This document shows positions 1-9,600 of a stretch of 64,000 bases of DNA, in pieces (position 1 is the stretch's first letter; each line of letters opens with the position of its first letter). A program made the position numbers and the translations under genes. This DNA comes from Myxococcota bacterium (GTDB lineage Bacteria > Myxococcota_A > UBA9160 > UBA6930), in assembly GCA_965223705.1 (NCBI GenBank), contig OZ245015.1:1344001-1408000 (forward strand). Direction: 5' to 3'. The notes below the pieces were generated by a model that was not told the origin of the DNA, did no database searches, and saw only the letters and a program-made list of their open reading frames with translations.

Positions 1-2017
1 CTTCATCGACGCCGCCGAGCTCTACGTGCGCGCCGGTGACCACGAAACCGCAGCGACCGTATTCGCACAACAGGACGAGTCGCTTCGCGCGGCCGAGTGT
101 TTCCTCGAAGCCGGGCGGATGAGCGTCGCCGGCGAGATGTTCGAGAAGGCCGGCCGCTACTACGACGCCGCCAAGTGCTACGAAGACTGTGACTTCCAGC
201 GCCACGCCGCCCAGATGTTCATCAAGGCCAAGGAATGGGCGCGCGCGGCGGTTTGTCTCGAACAGGTGATCCGCGAAGAGAGTGCCGGCAACACCTTCCA
301 CGCCGGCGCCGACAACGATCTCGACAAACTCGTTCTCCACGCCGCGAAGCTCTATGAGCAAGGGGGCGATCTTACCGCCGCGCTCGGTGTCCTCGAGCTC
401 GGGGGCGCGCACGAAGCCGCCGGTGAGGTCGCGATGCGGCTCGAGCGATTCGAAGAAGCAGCGACGTTCTTTCGCCAAGCCGGCAAGGCCGACCGCGCCG
501 CGGATGCCTTGCGCGGACTCGGCGACGAAGCGAGCGCGCACCGGATCGTCGCGGAGTCCTTGCGCGACCGGGGCGACGACGAAGCGGCCGCCCGGGCGTT
601 CGCAGATGCCGGCGAGCACACCGCCGCCGGCGATCTGTACCGCAAGCTCGAACGCTTCCCCGAAGCGGGCGAATCCTACGAGCGCGACGGAGAGTACGAG
701 CAGGCCGCGGAGATGTTTCGCGTCGCCGAGGACCTGACCCGCTCCGCGCAAAACTTCGAGAAGGCCGGGCGCTATGCGGAAGCCGCGCAGTGCTGGGAGG
801 AGCTCGGGAGCCGCGACAAGCAGGCCGAACTCATGGCGCGGGTCGGGCGCTACATCGAAGCTGCAGACCTCTTCATCGAGATCAACGCGGAAGACGCCGC
901 GATCCAGACGCTGCAGCAAGTCGAGCGCGAGAGCCCGAACTACGGGGCCGCGGCAGCTCGGCTCGGCGAGATCTTTCAGCGGCGGGGCGAAGTCGGGCTC
1001 GCGACGACAAAGCTCGAGGAGGCCGTGCAAGGTCGCGCCCTGGATCGCGAAAGCGTCGATGCGTTCTACCGCCTCGCCGTCTTGCACGACGAGTCCGGCG
1101 ACCGAGACGAGGCGCGAAAGCTCTACGAGAAGATTCTCGCGTTCGACTATGCCTTTGCCGATGTCGAGAGCCGCCTCACCTCGCTGTCGGCGGTCACGAA
1201 TTCACCGGTCGCTTCGGGAGACGCGACCGAGCGCTACCGGATCGAAGGCGAACTCGGCCGAGGTGGCATGGGTATCGTCTACCGGGCCGTCGATACGGTT
1301 CTGAATCGCACCGTCGCGTTCAAGGTCCTGCCCGACGCTCTGCGCGAGAACCCGCAGGCGGTTTCGAACTTCCTCCGCGAAGCTCAAAACGCTGCGAAGC
1401 TCAACCACCCGAACATTGTCACGGTCTACGACGCCGGCGAGCAGGGCGGTCACTTCTACATCGCCATGGAGTACGTCGCAGGCACGACGTTGCGCGAAAT
1501 CTTGCGCCGTCGGGGGGCGATTTCGCCGGACGGCGTGCTGCATCTGTTGCTGCAGCTCTGCCAGGCACTGGCCTTTGCGCACGACGCGAAAGTGGTGCAC
1601 CGGGACATCAAGACGGCGAACATCATGTGGACCCGCGAGAAGACCGCCAAGATCATGGATTTCGGTCTCGCCCGGGTTGTCGACGCCGTCCGCAATCACA
1701 CGACGGCGATCACCGGGACGCCTTATTACATGAGCCCCGAGCAGACCCTGGGCTCGAACATCGACCACCGGACGGACATCTATTCCCTCGGCGTCACCCT
1801 TTTTGAGCTGGTGACCGGTCAGCTCCCGTTCACCGAAGGCAACGTCCCCTATCACCATGTCCACACCCCGGCGCCCACGCCGCGTTCGATCAAGCCCGAC
1901 ACGCCCGAAGTCCTCGAAAGCATCATCGTCCGCTGCATGCAGAAAGCGCCCGACGATCGCTACGCCCACGTTCGCGAGATCGTCGCCGAAATCCGCGACG
2001 CTGTTCGACCTGGATAG
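1..2017 (+). CDS. TPR/helical-repeat protein with C-terminal Hanks-type Ser/Thr kinase (5' truncated by window edge)
   Basis: Frame is open from base 2. Many 'AAEMFEKAG'-type helical repeats are followed by kinase motifs GRGGMG, VAFK, HRDIKTANI, DFG and GTPYYMSPE. Confidence 0.9.
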   Translation, partial: FIDAAELYVRAGDHETAATVFAQQDESLRAAECFLEAGRMSVAGEMFEKAGRYYDAAKCYEDCDFQRHAAQMFIKAKEWARAAVCLEQVIREESAGNTFHAGADNDLDKLVLHAAKLYEQGGDLTAALGVLELGGAHEAAGEVAMRLERFEEAATFFRQAGKADRAADALRGLGDEASAHRIVAESLRDRGDDEAAARAFADAGEHTAAGDLYRKLERFPEAGESYERDGEYEQAAEMFRVAEDLTRSAQNFEKAGRYAEAAQCWEELGSRDKQAELMARVGRYIEAADLFIEINAEDAAIQTLQQVERESPNYGAAAARLGEIFQRRGEVGLATTKLEEAVQGRALDRESVDAFYRLAVLHDESGDRDEARKLYEKILAFDYAFADVESRLTSLSAVTNSPVASGDATERYRIEGELGRGGMGIVYRAVDTVLNRTVAFKVLPDALRENPQAVSNFLREAQNAAKLNHPNIVTVYDAGEQGGHFYIAMEYVAGTTLREILRRRGAISPDGVLHLLLQLCQALAFAHDAKVVHRDIKTANIMWTREKTAKIMDFGLARVVDAVRNHTTAITGTPYYMSPEQTLGSNIDHRTDIYSLGVTLFELVTGQLPFTEGNVPYHHVHTPAPTPRSIKPDTPEVLESIIVRCMQKAPDDRYAHVREIVAEIRDAVRPG

Positions 2018-2084
2018 CGGAGCCTCCGCGCCCCTTGGGGGCGTCGTCGAGGCGGTGAAAACGACGCAGCAGACCGCTCGAGCC

Positions 2085-2120
2085 GTGACGCTGACATCAC
2101 AGCTGTAACATGATTGTCAC
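2085..2120. promoter_or_regulatory. Tandem imperfect palindromes, candidate enhancer (UAS) for a sigma54 activator
   Basis: GTGAC-N6-ATCAC (2085-2100) and GTAAC-N6-GTCAC (2105-2120) are 20 bp apart, about 125-160 bp upstream of the -24/-12 element. Confidence 0.5.
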
Positions 2121-2244
2121 GATGATTCGGAGTGCCCGAGGGGCACGGGCAGCTGGCTGGAATTTTTTGTGAGCTGGGTCACTCTAATGGCCCGAAAGCA
2201 CAGCCTTTTTTTCTTTCTCTTTTTCACGCAACTCCAGACGCGCT

Positions 2245-2260
2245 TGGCACGTGTGTTGCT
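2245..2260 (+). promoter_or_regulatory. sigma54 (-24/-12) promoter of lpxC
   Basis: TGGCACG-TGTG-TTGCT is an exact match to the TGGCACG-N4-TTGC(A/T) consensus with GG-N10-GC spacing. Confidence 0.85.
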
Positions 2261-2373
2261 ACCTCAGTGCCTCCGACCCCCCCGGTCGTCCGGCGTTCGG
2301 CGAGTGAAATCGCAGGCCCCAGACGATTGTTGCAGCCAGGGCCCACGGGCCCGCAGCCAGGAGCGCTCATCCA

Positions 2374-3282
2374 GTGAAGCAGCGGACCATTGCTGAAAAG
2401 ATCTCGTGCACCGGGATCGGACTGCATAGTGGGGAACCGGTTCAGCTAACGCTCGAACCCGCCCGGGAACACGCGGGGATCACCCTGGTGCGTTCGGATC
2501 TGGCGCACCCCGTCGAAATCGCGGCGCGGCCGGAGAACGTGACCAGTACGCGCTTGGCGACCACGATCGGGCGGGGCGACGCGACGATCGGCACGGTCGA
2601 GCATCTGCTGGCGGCGCTGTATGCCCTGGCAATCGACAACGTCCGGGTCATCGTCGACGGACCCGAGATCCCGGTGATGGACGGCAGCTCGGCGTCCTTT
2701 GTCTTCTTGATCCGCAGCGCAGGTGTGTTCGAACAGCGCGCCGAGCGCCCGCGGCTGCGCGTTCTCCGCGCCCTGTCGGTCGAAGACGGCGATCGGGTCA
2801 TCCGCCTCACACCCGGTCGCGGACTGCGCGTGCACTATGCCGTCGACTACAGCCACCCGATGATCGGCAAGCAGAGCATCCGCAACTTCGAAGTCACCCC
2901 GGAGCGCTTCGAGCGCGAGATCTGCCGCGCGAGGACGTTCGGATTCCTCCACGAGGTGGAAGCGCTTTGGCGGCTGGGCCTGGCCCGCGGCGGAAATCTC
3001 GACAATACGGTCGTTCTTGACAAAGAGCGGGTGCTCAACCGGGACGGCATTCGTTGGCCGGACGAATTCGTCCGGCACAAAGTGCTCGATCTCATCGGCG
3101 ATCTGTCGCTGTTGGGCGTCGGTCTCGAAGCCGAGGTCGAAGCCCGGCGAGCCGGGCACGCGCTCCATCAAGCGATGCTGCGAAAGCTGCTCGAGACACC
3201 GGATGCCTGGGAGCTCGTGGGCGACACGAAAGCCGATTTCCCGAGCGCGGCGGTCGTCGAAGCGCTACGCGCCTCCGCATAG
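2374..3282 (+). CDS. lpxC: UDP-3-O-acyl-N-acetylglucosamine deacetylase
   Basis: KQRTI..GIGLHSG, TVEHLLAAL, ARTFGF and RHKVLDLIGDL motifs; AGGAG upstream. Confidence 0.97.
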   Translation: MKQRTIAEKISCTGIGLHSGEPVQLTLEPAREHAGITLVRSDLAHPVEIAARPENVTSTRLATTIGRGDATIGTVEHLLAALYALAIDNVRVIVDGPEIPVMDGSSASFVFLIRSAGVFEQRAERPRLRVLRALSVEDGDRVIRLTPGRGLRVHYAVDYSHPMIGKQSIRNFEVTPERFEREICRARTFGFLHEVEALWRLGLARGGNLDNTVVLDKERVLNRDGIRWPDEFVRHKVLDLIGDLSLLGVGLEAEVEARRAGHALHQAMLRKLLETPDAWELVGDTKADFPSAAVVEALRASA

Positions 3283-3302
3283 TCCGTCGCAACAAGGAAT
3301 CG

Positions 3303-3656
3303 CTAGTAGCCGGGATCCATCGATTCGAGGGCGCGCGCCAGTGAGGCGGCCGTCGCGTGATCGGTGAATTCAATGGCCATTCCCGGCGCACGAGTGCCCG
3401 ACGGGTCGAGCTTGGGCTGGTGAAGCCAAGCGACACGCCCCGGGATGACGAAGACCGTCTCGTCACCGGGTAGTCGGAAGCGCACTGTGAGCTCGGTGCC
3501 CGCCTGCCAGGGCTCTCCACATTCGATGAACAGGCCACCGGCACCCAAGGTGGTCGCGTAATCCGAGCCGATGCCGCGGTCGCACCAGTAATCGACGAGC
3601 AGGCGGACCGTACAGCGCTTGAAGCGTCGCCGAATCGGTTTCTTCGCTTCTGTCAT
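3303..3656 (-). CDS. Single-domain PilZ protein (myxobacterial TIGR02266-like)
   Basis: C-terminal 117 aa of the listed ORF: RRFKR, TLGAGGLFI, GRVAW, GMAIEF. The ATG overlaps the stop of the giant TPR gene (TGATG). Confidence 0.85.
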   Translation of the reverse strand: MTEAKKPIRRRFKRCTVRLLVDYWCDRGIGSDYATTLGAGGLFIECGEPWQAGTELTVRFRLPGDETVFVIPGRVAWLHQPKLDPSGTRAPGMAIEFTDHATAASLARALESMDPGY

Positions 3657-6600
3657 CAGAGACCTGCGATCCAGCGGCGGACCAGTTGGCGGAGCATCGC
3701 GAGGGCTTCCGGGGAACCCGCCACGAGGGCCTCGAAATCCGCTTCGGGGGGCAAGGTGCGTTCGGGTTGATCCTCGTCGCGCAAGAGCAGGGCGGACAGG
3801 GCATCCCGCAGCGAGACCCGGGATTCCCGCAGCGCGAGGGTGCCGGCCAAACCGCGCAGTTCGGCGCGCCACGCGGTGTAGTCGATCTCGGCCACGTGAT
3901 TGCCGTCCACGTCTTCGAGTACCCGCCGGATGCGCTTTCTCGCGCGTCGGCCGAGGTGAGCCGACAGCTCGTTCACCAGGTGTCCATCCCCGGTTACCGA
4001 TTCTTCTTCGAACGCCAGCTGTCGCAGGAGAACCAGCGCGGCGGAGAGTTCCGACACGGGAAGGGGAACCAGCGCCGGGGCCGACAGTTCGGCTTCGGCC
4101 GAGGTGACCGCCGCGCGGAAGCGCAACCGCGGAGAAGTGTCCTTCGAGTGGTCGAAATCGGGAGAGCCGGTGCCGAGCGCTTGGCCCAGCTCCTCGCTGG
4201 CTTCTCGAGCGGCCCTGCGAACCGCTTCCCAGACCGAGTCCTCGAGGACCGCCGGCTCGACTTCCGGGAGCCAGTTGCGGGGAGCCTCTTCGATCTCCTC
4301 GGGCGTGGCCGCTCCAAGGGCGCCGAGAATGGCGAGGCCGGTTCCGACCGAGCCCTCGAGCCCGCGCCGGCGTGCCATGCCGACGACTGCGCGCAGTGAC
4401 GCGACCCGGGCCGGATTCTGATTGAGGAGCTCGGCGTGCCGCTCCAAGGCTTCCTCCCACTCGTCGGGTCGGTGAGCGAGGAGTTCGGCCAGTGAAGCTC
4501 GCGCGCTGTCGAGGCTCGGGTCGCACGCGAGCGCCTCCCGATACATCTCGATCGCACGGTCGAGATCTTCGAGCGGCCCGGCCAATAGGCGTCCGAGGTG
4601 GTTCAGGACGGGGGCCAGCGCGCGTCGGTCCTCGCCGGGGAAGTTCTCGTAGAAATGCGTCAGCGCCTGAGCGGCGGAGCGCCATTCGCCGAGAGCGCGT
4701 AGCAACTTCGCCGCTTGCAGCGCGGCCGGGGCCCGCGCCGGGTCCGCCTCCATAGTGACGCGGAAGGCGTCAGCGGCCGCACCGCGTTCGCCTTGTTGCT
4801 CGAGCGCACAACCGCGGACCCAGGCGAGATCGGCGCGTCCCAGCGCGTCTCCGGTTGCATCCAGGCCCTGGGTCGCCACGTCCAGCGCGTCGTCGGAGCG
4901 CTGCTGTTCCCACAGCAACTGGGCGAGTCGCACCCAGGCTCCGCCTTGACTCGGGTCGGCCGCGACGGCTTCGCGAAGGAGGCTTTCTCCGGGTTCTTCT
5001 CGCTCGAGTCTGTCGAGTTCGAGCTCACCCGCGTGGAACAGTCGCGACGAGCGCTCCGAGGGATCCGCGGTTCGGTCCGCCCACTCGCGAAGCGTCGCGA
5101 TGGCCGCCTCGAAGTCTTCGGTCGCTTCGAGCAATCGAACGGTTCCAGCGAATGCGCCGTCCAAGCCCGGCTCGATTTCGAGCGCTTCGCGGAAGCAGCG
5201 CAGCGCTTGCTCGGGAGCGTCGGTCGCTTCGAGGCAACCACCGAGAAGCGCCAAGTGGGTGGCCCGCTCGGGATCTTCCTCGTCGAGCTCGAGCCGGCGC
5301 CGCAGCGCCCGTCCGGCTTCGGCGTGGTCGCCGAGTTCGACGAGAATTTCGCCGCGCGTGGCCAGGGCTTCCGCGTGGTCCGCATGGTGCTCGAGGGCCG
5401 TGCGGAACAGGCGCGCAGCGGCGTCGAGTTCACCGACGCGTCGGGCGGCCCGGCCGCCGATGAGCGCAGTCTCGAGTCGATCCGCCTCCGGAAAATCATC
5501 GTCCGGTCCCACCAGCGAAAGCGCGCGCTCGGCGTGCTCCATCGCTCTGCGGTCGCGCCCGAGGTGCGAGGAAACCTCGGCGAGGGCCGCGTGCCCGACG
5601 GAGCGCGCCGGATCGTTGGCGAGAGATTTCTCGAACAAGGTGAACGCGCGCTCCGGCTCGTGCTCTCGAACCAGTTCCGCGGCGTGATGGTTGCGTCGCG
5701 CCGCCTCGGCACCGGTCAGCCGGGCCGCACCGTTTTCGAGCGCCATCGCCGCGCCGGGAACATCTCCCAATCGTTCGCGCAGCGTCGCGAGCGCGTCCCA
5801 GGCGGCGACCAGGCTCGGACTGCATTCCGTAGCGCGTTCGGCGTGTCGCCTCGCCGATTCGAGATCGGACTGTTCTTCGAAGACGCGGGCGAGTCGCAGA
5901 TGATCTTCGGCATCCGGCTCCGAGTCGGGAGCATCGCACCAGGATTCGAAGACTTGGCAGAACCGGTCGTATCGACCCGCGTCGTGGTAGAGCTCGGCGA
6001 ATGCGCGCAATTCATCGCACGGAAGCGCGGCCACCGCGCTCGCCGCCTCATAGGCGCGCAGGGCGCGCTGGCCATCGTCGAGGCGATCGCGACACAGCGC
6101 GCCTGCGTGCAGCCAGATTTCCTGGCGCCGGTTGGGTTCGTTGTCGCCGAGAATCTCGATCTCGCTCTCGAACAGATCGTAGAGACCGCGCCAATCCTCC
6201 ATCGTCTCGAAGAGCTTCTGGAGAGAACGCAGGGCGCGCAGGTCGCTCGGGTCGGCTTCGAGAGCTGCAGCGAAAGCGCGACTCGCACGCGTCGTCGAAT
6301 CGAGATGGTGCCAGCAGATGTCGCCCTGGCGTCTGAACAGTGCGGCCAGTTGATTCGGTCCGCGTTCGTGGGGAAGGTCGATTTCCATTTGCAGCGTTGC
6401 CGCCGCTTCTTCCCACTGCCCCAATCGTTGCACGACGGCGCGGAGACCGCGGATCGCCGGCAGGCTCTCGGGATCATGCTCGAGGACCTTACGGAACGCC
6501 TCCGCCGCGGCAGCGGGCCGATGCAGCTGCTCGGCGCGCAGGCGACCGAGTTCGAGCCACAGCGCGGGTTCCGCGGGATGTCGTTCGAGGCGCAGGGCCA

Positions 6601-9600
6601 GTCGGCGTTCGAGCTCGACGTGGGACCGCAGGGCGCGGAGTGCGGAAAGGAGCTCGAGCTCGGCCTCTTCGACGATCGCTTCACCGGGTGTGCCATCCTC
6701 GAGCTCGTCGGCGGCGACGAGCGCGCGCCAGTGCGGCACCGCGGCGTCGAGTCGACCCAGCTCTCTCGCATACGAGCGCGCGAGGTCGCGGTGCAGTCCG
6801 TTGCGCCGTTCCGCGAACACCGGCTCTTCGGGATGTAGTGAACGCAGCTCTTCTTCGGCGACTCGAGCCCAGAGATCGGTTCGCCGGACGGCGCGGAAAA
6901 CCGATCCCAAGTGGCTCAGGATTTCGATTCGCTCGACCTGAGAGCCCTGATGCTCCGTGAGGGCGGCCCACAAGTGATTGATCGCACGCTCCGGGTTCGA
7001 GAGCGCGCCACTACACAGGGAGGCCAGGTCTTTGCGCAAGCCGGCGCGCTCGCCGGGGTCGGCTTCCTCGAGGAGCGCTTCGAGTGCGTCGGCGCGCGCG
7101 TCGGTGCGGCCGGTGACTTCATACAACCGCGCCAGACGACGTAGCACCTCGCGACCACGGGGATCCGTCTGCCGTGCGGCTTCGAGCGCGCCGATGGCAC
7201 GGCCCGGAGCGTTGAGTGCGCTCTCGTAGATTTCGGCCCGTGCGACCTGGAGCTCACAACGACGCTCGTCGCTGGGAGAAAGTGCGAGCTCCGCCTCATG
7301 CGCGCGCAACACCGCTTCCGGTCGATTCGCTCGTTCGTGGACCGCGGCGATCCGGGAGAGGACCAGCGCGTCCTCCGGGCGAGCCGCGCGCAATCGCTCG
7401 AGCCAAGCGAGGGTTTCGACATCGGTGAGATGTTCCTCGGCGATTCCCGCGGCTTCTTCGTAGTGACGCGCCCGCTCCTCGAGGGGTAGCGCCGCCGCCT
7501 CGCGTGCGACGCAGCGCAACACCCCTTCGTAATCGCCGACGCATTCGAGCGCCGATCGCAACGCGTGGTTCTTCGACAGGTCGCTCGGATCGATCTCTAG
7601 CGCCTGCTCGTAGCACGCGACCGCCTCGTCGAATCGCTCGAGCTCCATCAGCAGCTCGCCGCGTTCCGACAGTCGGTGGGCCCGCTGGGACGGGCTGCGC
7701 GTCAAGCTGAGCGATCGTTCGAGGAAGGCCAACCGCTCTTCCCGGCGGTCGAGGTGTCGGCACAGGGCCAGCGCCCGGTCGAGGGCCACCGGATGGTGGT
7801 TTTCGAGCTGGAGGACGCGTTGGATATGCACCAGCGCGTCTTCAGGGCGCGCGAGGGCACCCTCGAGCAGCGCCGCCAGCTCGAGCCTCACCGGAATTTC
7901 GTCCGGCCCGCCGATTTGCGAGAGCTCGGCTTCGAGCAAGTGCGCGAGCGGTTCGGGCTCGCCGAGTCGCCGGTAGATGTCGCGCAACGCGCTCTGGGCG
8001 CCGTGATCGTCGGGGCGGATCGACAGCACGTCGCGGTACGCCTCAGCCGCACCGGTGTCGTCGCCTTCGGCGCGTTTCGTATCGCCGAGCCGCAACAGCC
8101 AGTTTGCACGCTCGGAGGGGTGGCCGGCCTGCTCGGCGGCGCGGCTGGCGAGCTGCGCGAGCGCGTCGAGTCGATCGGTCCGGTGGTACAGGTCCGCCAG
8201 GGGTTCCGCGACGAGACCCAGCTGAGCTGAGGAGGACGCCACCGGTTCGAGCACGGCGATCGCCCCTTCCGGGTCGTCGAGAGGACCGGCGCGCAGAGCC
8301 GCGATCCGCAGCCGGAGGGAGGCTTCGGCTTCCCCGCCGCCGGCGGCGGCATCCGCGGTCAGCCGCTCGAGGCGCTCGGTGAGCAGCGCGGCGAGCGCGC
8401 CGTGTTCGCGATTCTCTTCGAGCTGCTCGACGAGGAATTCGGCGGCCGCCGCATCGGTGGGATCGAGGACGAGAATCCGTCGGTAGTGCGCGGCGGCGCG
8501 CGTGGGGTCCTGCATTTCCCGCAGGCACAGCTCCGCCGCGCGCGAACGCAGCACCAGCTCGCGCTGGCGGTCATCGCCGACGTGTTCGAGCTCCCCCTCG
8601 ATGCAGCCGAGGACTTTCTCGAAGTTGCTGTCTTCCTCAAAGAGGCGCGCCAAAGCTTGCCAGCGCCGCGGCTCGCTCGGATCGATGTCGACCGCGCGTT
8701 CCAGGTGCTCCTTCGCGGCCTCGCGGTCGTTCAACCGGTCGCGGCACAGATCCGCGAGCCGGTCGTGGCCGGCGGCGTCGCTCGACGCTCCGAGAATCCG
8801 TTCCTCGAGCCGTTCCCGCAGCGTCTGCCAGTCGCCGGTCTGTTCGAGCAGCCGATCGATTTGCGCCTCGGCCTGTCGCACGAGCTCGGTCGTACCCGAC
8901 GCGACGTCCTCGTAGATCGCGCGTGCTTGATCGAGCTCGCCCAGGGTGTCTTCGAGAATCGCAGCGCGCTCGAACTCAAGCCGGGCCGCGGCCTCGGGGT
9001 CGTCGGCTTCCGCGGCTCGCTTCTCGAGAACAGCGCACAGACCCGGTGAATCGCCCGCGGCTCGCAGCGCGCGCTCGAGTGTTTCCGTCAGGTGCGCGTC
9101 GTCGGGATCCGCGTCGTGAAGCGCGTGCAGCAGGGTCGCCGCGTCCGCCGGACGCCGGAGTTCGTCGAGGAGAAGTTCGGCGCGGCGACGATCGAGTTCG
9201 CGCCCGGTCGGATCATCGTCGGGCCGGGTCGCGCGGCGGCTCGCGAGTCGCTCGAGAAGTTCTTCAAAGTGCGCGTGTTCTTCGAGAAGAGCATCGAGGC
9301 GCGTCTCGATGTCGTCGTCCGACGGCCATTCCTCGGCAAGCGCGGACAGCACCGTGATGGCGACCTCGCCCTGGTCGAGGCGCGTCTGCAGTAGCTCCGC
9401 GAGTTCGAGTAGGCAGCTGCGTCGCGCATCGCCGTCGAGGTGTTCCGCCAGCTCGCGCCGCACATCGGCGAGTTCTTCCCAGCGCTCGGCGCCGGTGAGC
9501 AGGTGAAGCAGTTCGGCGAGGGCGGCCTTGTCCTCCGGATCCGCCGACAGCGCTCCCTGGTACGCGACGATGGCGCGGTCATCTTCTCCGGCGTCGCGGT

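Noticed and set aside
2084..2121. CRP/FNR site upstream of lpxC
   Set aside because: The half-sites GTGA/TCAC are separated by 8 nt rather than the 6 nt CRP requires, so I treated them as a generic activator site.
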